A stretch of DNA of 38,910 bases from Paracoccaceae bacterium (lineage in GTDB: Bacteria > Pseudomonadota > Alphaproteobacteria > Rhodobacterales > Rhodobacteraceae), in NCBI GenBank assembly GCA_031374565.1, contig JANMGI010000129.1, positions 1 through 38,910 on the forward strand, written 5' to 3'. Made by a program: the position numbers and the translations under genes. The notes beneath the pieces are model-generated. The model made no database searches. It was not told where the DNA came from and saw only the letters and a list, made by a program, of their open reading frames with translations. This document shows, one piece after another, positions 27,744 through 37,349 of this stretch (within the stretch, counting starts at the first letter, position 1; each line of letters begins with the position of its first letter).

Positions 27744-27757
27744 CTGATTTCACACCG

Positions 27758-29269
27758 TCAGGCGCTCTTGACCGACGGCAACTCCGAGACCAGCCGCAGG
27801 CTCGCGTTGATGCCTTCCAGCTGATAGTGCGGACGCAGGTAGAAGCGTGCGTTGTAGTAGCCCGGTCGACCCTCGACCGAGTCGACCTGGACCTCGGCCT
27901 TCGCCAGCGGGCGTTTGGCCTTGGCCTTGTCGTCCGCCATGGCGGTGTTCGCCAGGACGTAGCGATTTATCCACTCCGACAGCCAGACCTGCATGTCGGC
28001 GCGTTCCTTGAACGTGCCCACCTTGTCGCGCGCCATGGCCTTCAGGTAATGCGCGAACCGGCTGACCGGGAAGAGGTAGGGCAGGTTGGCCGACAGCCGC
28101 TCATTGGCCTGGGCATCCGGATCTACCAGCCGACCGGCGCGGGTCTCGTCGTCCTGAAGGCTGTGTGCACCGATGAAGGCGGCAATGTCGGTGTTCTTCC
28201 GATGCAGGATCGGCATGAACCCCAGCTTCGCCAGTTCCGCCTCGCGCCGGTCGTCGATGGCAATCTCCGTCGGGCACTTCATCGAGATGGAGCCGTCATC
28301 GGTCGGGAAGCTGTGCACCGGCAAGTTCAAAACCGTGCCGCCCGATTCCACGCCGCGGATCTGGGTGCCCCAACCAAACAGCTTGTGGCTGCGGTTGATG
28401 TTCACGCCCATCGCAAAGGCCGCGTTCATCCAGACGTAGTGGTCATGCTTGCCGTCGATCTCTTCCTCGAAAGAAAATCCCTTCACCGGGATCGTCGCCG
28501 CACCGTAGGGCAGGCGGGCCAGCACGCGCGGCATCGTCAGGCCGATATAGCGCGCGTCCTCGGATTCCCGCAGCGACTGCCAGCTGGCGTAATCGGGCGA
28601 GGACACGATCTGCTGCAAATCCTGCGGGTTGGGCAGCTCTTGCCAGCTTTGCATCCGGAACAGTTGCGGGGCCGCAGCAGCAATGAACGGCGCATGTGCA
28701 GACGCGCAGATGCCCGACATGTTCCGCAACAGACCCACATCTCGGGGATGGTGGCTGAACTCATAGGCTCCGATGATCGCGCCGAAGGGCTCGCCGCCGA
28801 ACATCGAGTATTCGTCGGTGTAAAGCCGCTTGAAGATCGGCGACTGGTCCCACATCTGGCCTTCGAAATCTTCCATCGTGTCGGCCAGCTGGGTCTTGGT
28901 GATGTTCATCACCCGGATCTTCAGCTTCTGGTCGGTCTCGGTGTTGTTGACCAGATAGTGCAGCCCGCGCCAGGTCCCCTCGATCTCGCGCACTTCGGGG
29001 GCGTGCATGATCTCGTTCATCTGGGTGGTGAGCAAACTGTCGATCCCCGCGATCAGGTTCTTGATCGACTTGACCGCATTCCCCGAAATGGTTGCCGTGC
29101 CTGACCGTTCGGTCGCGGCCAGCGCCAGGTTCTGCACAAGCTTTTGCAGCTTTGCGCTTTCGTCTTCCTTGACGCGGAAGTCCTTCTCCAGAAGATCGCT
29201 GAATTCACCCAGATCGATCGCCTGCGCTTCGGCGGCTGCGGCAGTGCCTTGCTTTTCCTGTTCGGCCAT
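27758..29269 (-). CDS. tssC: Sheath large subunit TssC
   Basis: E.TWRGL.YLV, AHAPFI, KCPTEIAI.DRREAEL and PHYQLE motifs. Confidence 0.98.
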   Translation of the reverse strand: MAEQEKQGTAAAAEAQAIDLGEFSDLLEKDFRVKEDESAKLQKLVQNLALAATERSGTATISGNAVKSIKNLIAGIDSLLTTQMNEIMHAPEVREIEGTWRGLHYLVNNTETDQKLKIRVMNITKTQLADTMEDFEGQMWDQSPIFKRLYTDEYSMFGGEPFGAIIGAYEFSHHPRDVGLLRNMSGICASAHAPFIAAAAPQLFRMQSWQELPNPQDLQQIVSSPDYASWQSLRESEDARYIGLTMPRVLARLPYGAATIPVKGFSFEEEIDGKHDHYVWMNAAFAMGVNINRSHKLFGWGTQIRGVESGGTVLNLPVHSFPTDDGSISMKCPTEIAIDDRREAELAKLGFMPILHRKNTDIAAFIGAHSLQDDETRAGRLVDPDAQANERLSANLPYLFPVSRFAHYLKAMARDKVGTFKERADMQVWLSEWINRYVLANTAMADDKAKAKRPLAKAEVQVDSVEGRPGYYNARFYLRPHYQLEGINASLRLVSELPSVKSA

Positions 29270-29272
29270 CGC

Positions 29273-29797
29273 TCAGCCCTCCTTCTTCATGGCTTCATCG
29301 GCGACCTGCATCAACAGGGGCTCGTTCTGTAACAGTTGGGCGATGCGCTTTTCGGCGTTCACCTTGCCGTCCATATAGCCCAGCAACTCTTCCAGCTGGC
29401 GCCGCATCTTCAGAAGCTCGGCCAGAGCGGGGACCTGTTCGGCCACCTTGTCGGGGGTAAAGTCCGACATGCTCTTGAACGACAGGTCGACGAACATCTC
29501 TTCATCCGCCGCGCCGTCCTTGCCCGGCAGACGGTTCGGCACCCGCGCCTTCACCCGTGGTGCCAGCGCTTCCATGAATTTGCCGAACCGGCCTGCATCG
29601 ACATCCACGAAGGTGCGGTCGTTGACCGGCTTCGTCGCCTCCTTCGTTTCCGACTTGCCGGCGAGGTCAGCCATCACGCCCATCACGAAGGGAAGTTCGA
29701 TGGTCGTAGGGCTGCCGTAGTGTTCGACATCGTAGGCGATCTGCACACGCGGGGCGCGGTTGCGTTCGATCACCTTTGCCTTGCTTTCACTTGCCAT
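29273..29797 (-). CDS. tssB: Sheath small subunit TssB
   Basis: RAPRVQI.YDVE and ELPFVMGVMADL motifs. Confidence 0.98.
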   Translation of the reverse strand: MASESKAKVIERNRAPRVQIAYDVEHYGSPTTIELPFVMGVMADLAGKSETKEATKPVNDRTFVDVDAGRFGKFMEALAPRVKARVPNRLPGKDGAADEEMFVDLSFKSMSDFTPDKVAEQVPALAELLKMRRQLEELLGYMDGKVNAEKRIAQLLQNEPLLMQVADEAMKKEG

Positions 29798-29827
29798 GTC
29801 TCAGACCTCTCCTGACTTCTCTGCGGT

Positions 29828-30970
29828 TCACTGTGGAACCGGTTTCGTCTTGTCGTCCACTCCGGCGACGTTCTTGAATTCCTTCATCCCGCTTGGGGCG
29901 ATCTCTTCCATCAGTTGCAGGAAGTTCATCGGCACCATCTTTCGCATCCGCCGCGCCAGATGCGGGATCGGGCTTGACGGCTCGGTGCGTTCGTAAAAGT
30001 CGATGATCATGTCGAGACAGCGTTCGACATCCCGACGCGAGTTCACCGATCCGGGGATGCCACCCGAGGCAGCCGGGGGATGCGCGCCGTTGGTGACGGG
30101 CGCGGGTATTGCGTGGTCAGCCATGACGGTCCCCTCCGTGGCCGGTTTCCCGGTGGCACTTGCGATAGCGGCGGTCAAAGGGGCCGATGCGCGGGTCAGC
30201 ACCTTGGCAAGTTCCTTGAACCTCACGCCGACGCCGTTCTCGCCGACACGGGCACTCAGCGCCGTTTCCAGCGCCACAAGGGCAGTTCGCGCCGCCTCGA
30301 TGGACTGCATCAGCGACGCCATTTCCTCGGGCCGCTCGATTGCCTCGGCCCGGCAGGCAGCAGTGACCCGGTTCACCCTGGCCTCATGACGCGACAGAAG
30401 GTCCGCCACTTCCTTGTCACCCAGCCCCGACGGCAGATCCGCCTGCGCCTGACTGCGCGACAGCCCGCCTGCGCACAGATCTCCGACCGTCACCACCCCA
30501 AGCCCCCGCGGGTTCAGGACGGTCGTGAATTCCAGATCGCACAGAAGGCCGTTATCGGCATTATCCAGCTGAAACAGCGCATTGATCCGCCGCGTTGCGG
30601 CCTCACGCGGTGACGGGCTTTCCCGCAACGCCGGATGCACCGTGTCCCAGTATTGCTCGACCGTCGATGCCAGCAGACCCAGTCCCTGCCCAAGGCCCGC
30701 AAACCCCTCGGCATTGACCAGCGCCCGGGCGACGATCACCAGAAGACGGATGTCCCGGCCCGTGGCGGCAAGGTCAGCCGATTGTGCAAGGATATCCGTC
30801 CAGTCGATGGCCACCGAACCGCTGCCACCCGATTTCACATTCTCAAGCCGGAACGTGCGCGCGGCAGGCTCCATCGACCGCTCGACAGCGTGAAAGCGCG
30901 GGTCATTGCGCAGTTCCGATCCCGACGCAGCATCGCTGCTCACCGGAACCAGAAACGGTTCAAGGTCCAT
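29828..30970 (-). CDS. tssA: TssA (ImpA_N, short form)
   Basis: L.PVS....G..LR.D, D.R and YWD..HP motifs; C-terminal SR.DV...L..I..FY...EPSSP.P. Confidence 0.93.
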   Translation of the reverse strand: MDLEPFLVPVSSDAASGSELRNDPRFHAVERSMEPAARTFRLENVKSGGSGSVAIDWTDILAQSADLAATGRDIRLLVIVARALVNAEGFAGLGQGLGLLASTVEQYWDTVHPALRESPSPREAATRRINALFQLDNADNGLLCDLEFTTVLNPRGLGVVTVGDLCAGGLSRSQAQADLPSGLGDKEVADLLSRHEARVNRVTAACRAEAIERPEEMASLMQSIEAARTALVALETALSARVGENGVGVRFKELAKVLTRASAPLTAAIASATGKPATEGTVMADHAIPAPVTNGAHPPAASGGIPGSVNSRRDVERCLDMIIDFYERTEPSSPIPHLARRMRKMVPMNFLQLMEEIAPSGMKEFKNVAGVDDKTKPVPQ

Positions 30971-31020
30971 CTGTCTTCAAAGCCTTCTGCAAAAAATGTG
31001 CAAACCGAAAACCACTACGG

Positions 31021-31035
31021 GCAAGTCTTGCACCA
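31021..31035 (-). promoter_or_regulatory. Putative sigma54 (-24/-12) promoter for the tssA operon
   Basis: TGGTGCAAGACTTGC has correct GG-N10-GC spacing with TTGC and lies 50 nt upstream of the tssA ATG. Confidence 0.55.
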
Positions 31036-31047
31036 CCTGACTTAAAG

Positions 31048-33159
31048 TCAAGGTCTTGCATCGATGACCCTGGTTGCGACGGACACGATGTTCCCGGGGT
31101 CTTTCGCGATCACCCCTTGCAGTTCATCCGCAAGACCTCCGACCGATAACGTTTCTGGCAGGCGGGTGCCGAAAAGCGAGGTTTTCGACAGAATCGCAAT
31201 GATCTCGGATTTGCCGAAATTGCCCGCGTCGACCTTGATCGAGTAAACCCCGTTGCCGGCCTTCATGTCACTCAGGCTGTACAGAACGCGGACCCGGCGG
31301 ACGCCGTCGGCAACGGTCCCAATGTTCTCGATTGCGTGCTCGGCCTGCGTCTCGTTCGGCAGCAGGCTGAAAACCTGGTTGGTGTTGTCGACCACCAGCA
31401 CCCACAACGACAGGCCAGTCAGTTCGGGAGGCACCAGCACTTCGACCACGGGATTGTCACCTGCATGGAAGATGCCGGACAGGTTCACCTCGCCTGTCGC
31501 GCCATCTCCAAACCAGATGACCGCGTCGCCCGCCCCGACCGGCGGCAGCACCGTGCGGACGGCGCAGAGGTCCCTGTTTAGAATGGTCACATCCAGCCGC
31601 ACCGAACGGTCGCCAACCATCGTCTCAATCGCCGCTTGCAGCGCATCTCGGGCCTCGACCGACGGCAGCGCGCCGGTGACCACGATGGTATCGCCCATGT
31701 CGTAAAGCTGTAACGGTCCCTTGTCGGGCGAAAGCAGCCCGCAGATGGCAAAGGGCGCAAGCGCGTCCAGCACCGCCTGCCCCTGCAACTTGCGCGGGCC
31801 GACCTTCAGGCCAATGTCGATCTGCATCCCCGTGCGCTTTGCCCAATCTTGTAGGGCCGCGCGCTTCTGATCCAACTGCTCCCGCGTGGTGGCGATGCCA
31901 TCGAAGGCGACAGTTTTGTCCGTGACCGACAGCGACCACTCTGCCAGCCCCTGCATCAGGCCAAGAAGGTCGGCAAGGTTCTCGACCCACTGCGCGTCGG
32001 GCACACCCTGGGCCAGGGGCAGCGCATCCTTCGGCGGCGTTGCCCCCGTGGCGGCAGTGAAAGCCAGACCCAGGCGCTGCGCTGCTTCCGCGTCAGGGGC
32101 GTTTCCGGACAGCGCCGCGCTGTCCGGCCCGAAACTGGCCGTAAGCATATAGGGAGAAACACTGGGGATCGGGTTCAGATAGGGGTCCAGAAGCCCCGCA
32201 TACCAAGACCCGCCGCCGAACAGCGAAAGCAGCAGTACCGCCAGCAGCGCAAAAGTGCCGCCGCGACCCTTGGTCATGGTGCCCGTGTCAACCGGAGGCA
32301 AAGTCTGCCGCTTGCCCCGCCCCGACACCGGCTGCAACGCCTGATTCAGGCGGGAAACCACCGCCTCGGCACTAACGGGCCGGTCGGACAGCGCCGGGGC
32401 GGACAGCCAGTCCACCAGCCCCTTCAGGGGTTCCTGTACGCCCTCCGTATCCAGCTTCGACTGCTTGCGCCGCACAATCTCACCCGGCGTCGATCCGCTG
32501 AACGGAACCTGCCCCCGGAACGCCGCCAGCAGCGTCGCCCCCAGCGCATAAAGGTCCGACCGTCGCTCTGCCCGCCCCTCCAGCTGCTCCGGCGCGGCGT
32601 ACTCATACTTTCCCGCGAACTCATTCCCGACAATCGTCCGTGCGCCCGCCGTCGTGTCCTTGGCGATGCCGAAGTCGATGATCGTCGCCTTCTCCGGCGC
32701 GCCATCCCGCAACACCACATTGTCGGGCGACAGGTCCCGATGCACGATCCCCCGCGCATGGGCCACCACCAACCCCTCGGCCACCCGATGCGCAATGATC
32801 ATCAATTCGCGCGGTTCCATCCGGCGGCGCATCATCACGTCGTTCATCGATGGCCCGTCGATGAAATCCATCACCAGAAACACATGCCCCTGGTCGGTCC
32901 GCGAACATTCGGTGTAGCGCACCACCGCGTCGTTCAGCACGTCGCGCATCTGCTCTTCGCGCTTCATCAGCTCGATATAGTCGTCGTTTCCGGAAAACTG
33001 CGCGTTCAGCGCCTTGATCGCGACGATCCGCCCCGAGATCTGGTTGCGCGCTCGGTAAACCTCGCCCGTGCCGCCCCGCCCCAGCACACCCTCGATCTCG
33101 TAGGTGTGGTTCAGCACCTGACCCTGACGGAAGATGTCACCCGGCAGACGGTCGATCAT
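31048..33159 (-). CDS. ppkA: Membrane Ser/Thr kinase PpkA with BON-like and DUF4384-like periplasmic domains
   Basis: GRGGTGEV, VAIK, HRDLSPDN, IDFG and APE kinase motifs, one TM, then C-terminal VVD..NQV..L.PN and FG.SEIIAILS. Start reset to the ATG at 33159. Confidence 0.9.
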   Translation of the reverse strand: MIDRLPGDIFRQGQVLNHTYEIEGVLGRGGTGEVYRARNQISGRIVAIKALNAQFSGNDDYIELMKREEQMRDVLNDAVVRYTECSRTDQGHVFLVMDFIDGPSMNDVMMRRRMEPRELMIIAHRVAEGLVVAHARGIVHRDLSPDNVVLRDGAPEKATIIDFGIAKDTTAGARTIVGNEFAGKYEYAAPEQLEGRAERRSDLYALGATLLAAFRGQVPFSGSTPGEIVRRKQSKLDTEGVQEPLKGLVDWLSAPALSDRPVSAEAVVSRLNQALQPVSGRGKRQTLPPVDTGTMTKGRGGTFALLAVLLLSLFGGGSWYAGLLDPYLNPIPSVSPYMLTASFGPDSAALSGNAPDAEAAQRLGLAFTAATGATPPKDALPLAQGVPDAQWVENLADLLGLMQGLAEWSLSVTDKTVAFDGIATTREQLDQKRAALQDWAKRTGMQIDIGLKVGPRKLQGQAVLDALAPFAICGLLSPDKGPLQLYDMGDTIVVTGALPSVEARDALQAAIETMVGDRSVRLDVTILNRDLCAVRTVLPPVGAGDAVIWFGDGATGEVNLSGIFHAGDNPVVEVLVPPELTGLSLWVLVVDNTNQVFSLLPNETQAEHAIENIGTVADGVRRVRVLYSLSDMKAGNGVYSIKVDAGNFGKSEIIAILSKTSLFGTRLPETLSVGGLADELQGVIAKDPGNIVSVATRVIDARP

Positions 33160-33315
33160 GGCTAGCCCGCCGTGCCTGCGGGTCCGGTATTCGCGACCCC
33201 TGCCGCCAAAACATTCGCCATGACAAAAATTCCGGACTAGACTGACCTTGCGGGAAGCCTGCGTCTTTCCGGTCTGATGAGCAAGCATATTCAAAATCGA
33301 TAAAGGGCAAGCATT

Positions 33316-36024
33316 ATGGCCCCTCGTGGCGGCACCGAGACGATCAAGCGCAAAGAGCTGGTCGGGAAGCTGAATCCTGTTTGTCTGAAGGCATTTTCCG
33401 CCGCTGCCCAGGCTGCGAAAGCGCGGGGCAACCCTTACGTCGAGCTTGTCCACTTCATCGAAGCGCTGTCCCAGTCGGCCCGGTCCGATTTCGACATCCT
33501 CTGCACCTCGGCCGGGGTCGATGCGTCGAAGCTGGCCGCCGACATTACCCGCGCCGTCGACGCCCTGCCGCATGGCGCGGGGTCGGTCGAGGAATTCTCC
33601 GACCACATCTTCCGTGCCATCCAGGAAGGCTGGACCTTCGGCAGCCTGGACTTCGGCGAAGATACCGTCCGGTCGGCCTATATCCTGCTGGGTGCGCTGA
33701 AGGTCCCGGTGCTGGAGGGGCTTCTCTTCAAGATCAGCCTCGAGTTCGACAAGATCGACCCCGCCTCTATGGCCGGACAGCTAAGCGATCTTTTGCCTGA
33801 CTCGGTCGAGGGCGGCGGCGCTACACCCGAGGCACCGAAGGCCAGGCACGCCCCAGGCGGCAAGTCGGCCCTGGACCAGTTTGCCACGAACCTGACCGAA
33901 CGCGCCCGTGCCGGAAAGATCGACCCGGTCATCGGTCGCGACCCGGAAATCCGCCAGATCATCGACATCCTGATGCGCCGCCGCCAGAACAACCCGATCC
34001 TGACGGGCGAGGCAGGCGTGGGCAAGACCGCCGTGGTCGAAGGCTTCGCTCTGCGGCTGGCCCGTGGCGACGTGCCACCGCAGCTGAAAGCGGTCGATCT
34101 GCACATGCTGGACGTGGGCCTGATGCAGGCGGGGGCCTCCGTGAAAGGCGAATTTGAAAAGCGCCTGAAGCAGGTGATCGACGAGGTTCAGTCCTCGGAA
34201 AAGCCCATCATTCTTTTCATCGACGAGGCGCACACCCTTATCGGGGCCGGGGGCGCAGCGGGCACCGGCGATGCGGCCAACCTCTTGAAGCCAGCCCTGG
34301 CGCGGGGCGAACTCCGCACCGTCGCCGCCACCACATGGTCGGAATACAAGGAACACATCGAGAAAGACCCCGCCCTGACCCGCCGCTTCCAGGTGGTCAA
34401 GGTCGAGGAGCCTTCGGAAGATGCCGCCGTCCGAATGCTGCGCGGCGTAGCCGGGGTTCTGGAAAAGCACCACAAGGTCGAAATCCTGGACGAGGCGATC
34501 GAGGCTGCCGTTGCCCTGTCGCACCGCTACATCCCCTCGCGCCAACTGCCCGACAAGGCGATCAGCCTCCTCGACACCGCCTGCGCCCGCGTCGCCGTCT
34601 CGCAGCACGCCACCCCGGCCGAGGTAGAAGACATCGAACGCCGCCTGTCTTCGCTTGAGGTGGAGCAGGGCATCATCAGCCGCGAGGAAGCCATCGGCAT
34701 CGACGTTGGCGACCGCAAGACCGAAGTGGAGGCCGGGCTGACGAAGGCAGCCACCGAACTCGACGCCGCCAAGGCCCGCTGGGACGCCGAAAAAGCGCTG
34801 GTGGACGAGGTCCTGAGCCTCCGCGCCACCCTGCGCGGGGCCGGTCAGCCGGTGGACGACACCGGGGCCACAGGGGAAACCCCGCCCCAAGCGTCTGAAG
34901 ATACTGCCGAACCCGCGCCCTTGACGCCAGAAGCCCGTGCCGAGACACTGACCACCCTTCGCGCCCGCATGGCCACGCTGGCCGAAGCGCAAGGCGAACG
35001 CCCGCTGATCCTTCCAGCGGTGGACCGCCTTGCCGTAGGCGCAATCGTGCAGGACTGGACCGGCATCCCCATGGGCCGGATGCTCGCCAGCCAGACCGAG
35101 CGCGCGCTGCACCTGGCCGGAACTCTCTCTGAGCGCGTCGTCGGCCAGAACCATGCGATGAACATGATCGCCAGCCGCATCCAGACCAGCTACGCAGGCC
35201 TCGGTGCCCCCGAAAAACCCATCGGCGTCTTCATGCTTTGCGGCCCCTCAGGTGTCGGCAAGACCGAAACCGCGCTGGCCTTGGCTGAAACCCTCTATGG
35301 CGGCGAGCAGAACCTGATCTCGATCAACATGAGCGAGTTCCAGGAGGCGCATACCGTCTCCACCCTGAAAGGTGCCCCGCCCGGCTATGTCGGCTACGGC
35401 AAGGGCGGCATCCTGACCGAAGCCGTCCGCCGCCGCCCCTACTCGGTGATCCTCTTGGACGAGGTCAAAAAGGCCCATCCCGATGTGCACGAGATCTTCT
35501 TCCAGGTCTTCGACAAGGGCATGATGGACGACAGCGAGGGCCGCCGGATCGACTTCAAGAACACTCTGATTTTGCTGACGTCCAACGTCGGGTCGGAAGA
35601 GATCATGGCGATGACCGAGGACGGCAGGACTGGTGCCAACCTTGAGGAACTGACCGGAAGCCTTCGCGCGCCCTTGCTGAAGGTTTTCCCCGCGGCACTT
35701 CTGGGCCGCGTGGTGACGATCCCCTACTACCCGCTGTCGGACGCGATGATCGAAGCCATCGCAGGCCACAAGCTGCGCGGCATCGCCCGCCGGCTGGAGG
35801 CGGGGCATGGCGCCGAGCTGGTGATCGGCGATGGGGTGATGAACACGATCAAGGCCCGCTGCACGGAAATAGAAAGCGGGGGCCGAATGATCGACGCGAT
35901 CCTGACCAATTCGCTTCTGCCCGAACTCAGCCGCCAGGTCCTGAACCGCAAACTTGAGGGTGCCGCGTTGACGAAAGTCACTGTCACCGGCTCGGACGCG
36001 GGGTTTGCCTATGCCTTCGAATAG
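33316..36024 (+). CDS. clpV: ClpV/TssH AAA+ ATPase
   Basis: [29 protein letters not shown] and [11 protein letters not shown] motifs; ClpV-type N-domain. Confidence 0.98.
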   Translation: MAPRGGTETIKRKELVGKLNPVCLKAFSAAAQAAKARGNPYVELVHFIEALSQSARSDFDILCTSAGVDASKLAADITRAVDALPHGAGSVEEFSDHIFRAIQEGWTFGSLDFGEDTVRSAYILLGALKVPVLEGLLFKISLEFDKIDPASMAGQLSDLLPDSVEGGGATPEAPKARHAPGGKSALDQFATNLTERARAGKIDPVIGRDPEIRQIIDILMRRRQNNPILTGEAGVGKTAVVEGFALRLARGDVPPQLKAVDLHMLDVGLMQAGASVKGEFEKRLKQVIDEVQSSEKPIILFIDEAHTLIGAGGAAGTGDAANLLKPALARGELRTVAATTWSEYKEHIEKDPALTRRFQVVKVEEPSEDAAVRMLRGVAGVLEKHHKVEILDEAIEAAVALSHRYIPSRQLPDKAISLLDTACARVAVSQHATPAEVEDIERRLSSLEVEQGIISREEAIGIDVGDRKTEVEAGLTKAATELDAAKARWDAEKALVDEVLSLRATLRGAGQPVDDTGATGETPPQASEDTAEPAPLTPEARAETLTTLRARMATLAEAQGERPLILPAVDRLAVGAIVQDWTGIPMGRMLASQTERALHLAGTLSERVVGQNHAMNMIASRIQTSYAGLGAPEKPIGVFMLCGPSGVGKTETALALAETLYGGEQNLISINMSEFQEAHTVSTLKGAPPGYVGYGKGGILTEAVRRRPYSVILLDEVKKAHPDVHEIFFQVFDKGMMDDSEGRRIDFKNTLILLTSNVGSEEIMAMTEDGRTGANLEELTGSLRAPLLKVFPAALLGRVVTIPYYPLSDAMIEAIAGHKLRGIARRLEAGHGAELVIGDGVMNTIKARCTEIESGGRMIDAILTNSLLPELSRQVLNRKLEGAALTKVTVTGSDAGFAYAFE

Positions 36025-36035
36025 GGAGCACTGCG

Positions 36036-36443
36036 ATGCATGACGGACCTTTTCCTGGCCTGCACGGCGTCTACCGTGCCGATATCATCGAGATCGGTCC
36101 CGATGGTCGCGCCAAGGTTATGATCCCGGCCGTCTTCGGCGATGCCCCGTCCTTTGCCCAGTCTCTTGTCCCCGTAACCCCAGCTTCCGTTGGCCGCCCG
36201 GTCGCCGTGACGATGATGGGCGACCAGCCCCTGATCCTTGGCCTGATCCAGCCTTTGCAGCCAGAGGTGAAGGCCGACGGCGAAACGCTGGTCCTGGAAG
36301 CCCGCCAGGAAATGATCCTGCGCTGTGGTGCCGCTTCCATCACGATGACGGCGGATGGCCGGGTGACGATCCGCGGAACCCAGGTCCTCAGCCGGTCCGA
36401 GGGGGCCAACCGGGTGCAAGGGGCCACCGTCCAACTGAACTGA
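36036..36443 (+). CDS. DUF6484-like protein (mini spike-tip homologue)
   Basis: P.I.G.IQP and C-terminal LEA..E..LRCG.ASIT.TADGRV.IRG..V.SRS.G.NRVQG..VQLN. Confidence 0.8.
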   Translation: MHDGPFPGLHGVYRADIIEIGPDGRAKVMIPAVFGDAPSFAQSLVPVTPASVGRPVAVTMMGDQPLILGLIQPLQPEVKADGETLVLEARQEMILRCGAASITMTADGRVTIRGTQVLSRSEGANRVQGATVQLN

Positions 36444-36450
36444 ACCGTCC

Positions 36451-36966
36451 ATGCAGTCTGACCCGCCAGTGATCGGATACTTCGGCAAACTGCCCTCGGC
36501 AGCGAGCTTCGTCGGCGCATCTCTTCCGTCCGACTTCGTTGATCGCTGGGACAACTGGTATGCCGCCGCCACCAGGTCCAAGCCGCCGGGACCGATCACC
36601 TATGACGAACCCATCTGGCGCTTCATTGCTGCCGAGGGTCTGTTCGGGCCCCTCGCCACAGCCGGGGTCTGGCGCCACAGCCAGGATGCCCGACGGCAAC
36701 GCTACCCGTTCGTGATCGCGTCCCTCGGTCGCTCCCTTTCCGTCGATGACCCCTGGTTCGACGCCGCCGAAGCGCTCCTGACCGCAGCCGTCGAGGGTGA
36801 TCACGCTGACCTTGACCGCCGACTGTCGCGCCTTCCGGCACCGAGAGCCGCCCCACCCGCCACGACGGCAATCCTGATGTGGCGCGACGACTGGGAGGTG
36901 CATGAGCTGAGCTTCCCCTCCGGCCGTGCCTTCGCCGCCTTCGGCCTGCCGCAGGGGGGTGACTGA
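36451..36966 (+). CDS. tagF: TagF (copy 2, divergent)
   Basis: GYFGKLP..SFV, WD.W, WRF, S.D...RYP and W..AAE motifs. Confidence 0.85.
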   Translation: MQSDPPVIGYFGKLPSAASFVGASLPSDFVDRWDNWYAAATRSKPPGPITYDEPIWRFIAAEGLFGPLATAGVWRHSQDARRQRYPFVIASLGRSLSVDDPWFDAAEALLTAAVEGDHADLDRRLSRLPAPRAAPPATTAILMWRDDWEVHELSFPSGRAFAAFGLPQGGD

Positions 36967-37349
36967 TGGGCTTGACCGTCTACGCCGAGAACATGGGCTT
37001 TTTCCACAAAGGCAGCGGCGGCAAGGGCATCGCCCCCGGCGACGTCTGCATGACCCCTCCGCCCCCTCCCGCCGGTCCGATCCCGGTGCCTTACGTCAAC
37101 ATCGCCCAGGCATCCGACCTCACGAAGGGCTCAAAGACCGTCAAGATCGACGGCGAGCCCACCGCGCTGGAGGACGTGTCCGAGGTCTCGACCAGCACGG
37201 GGAACGAGCCAGGGAGCCAACCGCCAAAGGGGGTGGTGAGCTCGACCAACAAGGGCAAGGCCAGTTTCACGATGTGGTCCTTCACCGTGAAGGTCGAGGG
37301 CAAGGGCGTCTGCCGCCATGGCGACCCGATGTTTCAGAACGAGGCGTGA
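36966..37349 (+). CDS. DUF4150 PAAR-like protein
   Basis: DVC.TP..P.P.PY.N.A, STG.E.G and S.TVK.EG..V.R..D motifs. Confidence 0.92.
   Translation: MGLTVYAENMGFFHKGSGGKGIAPGDVCMTPPPPPAGPIPVPYVNIAQASDLTKGSKTVKIDGEPTALEDVSEVSTSTGNEPGSQPPKGVVSSTNKGKASFTMWSFTVKVEGKGVCRHGDPMFQNEA

Noticed and set aside
33201-33220. TGGCGAATGTTTTGGC upstream of ppkA as a sigma54 site
   Set aside because: The GG-to-GC spacing is 11, not 10.
33160-33606. N-terminal extension of the kinase ORF in the track
   Set aside because: It overlaps clpV antisense; kinase similarity begins at the ATG at 33159.
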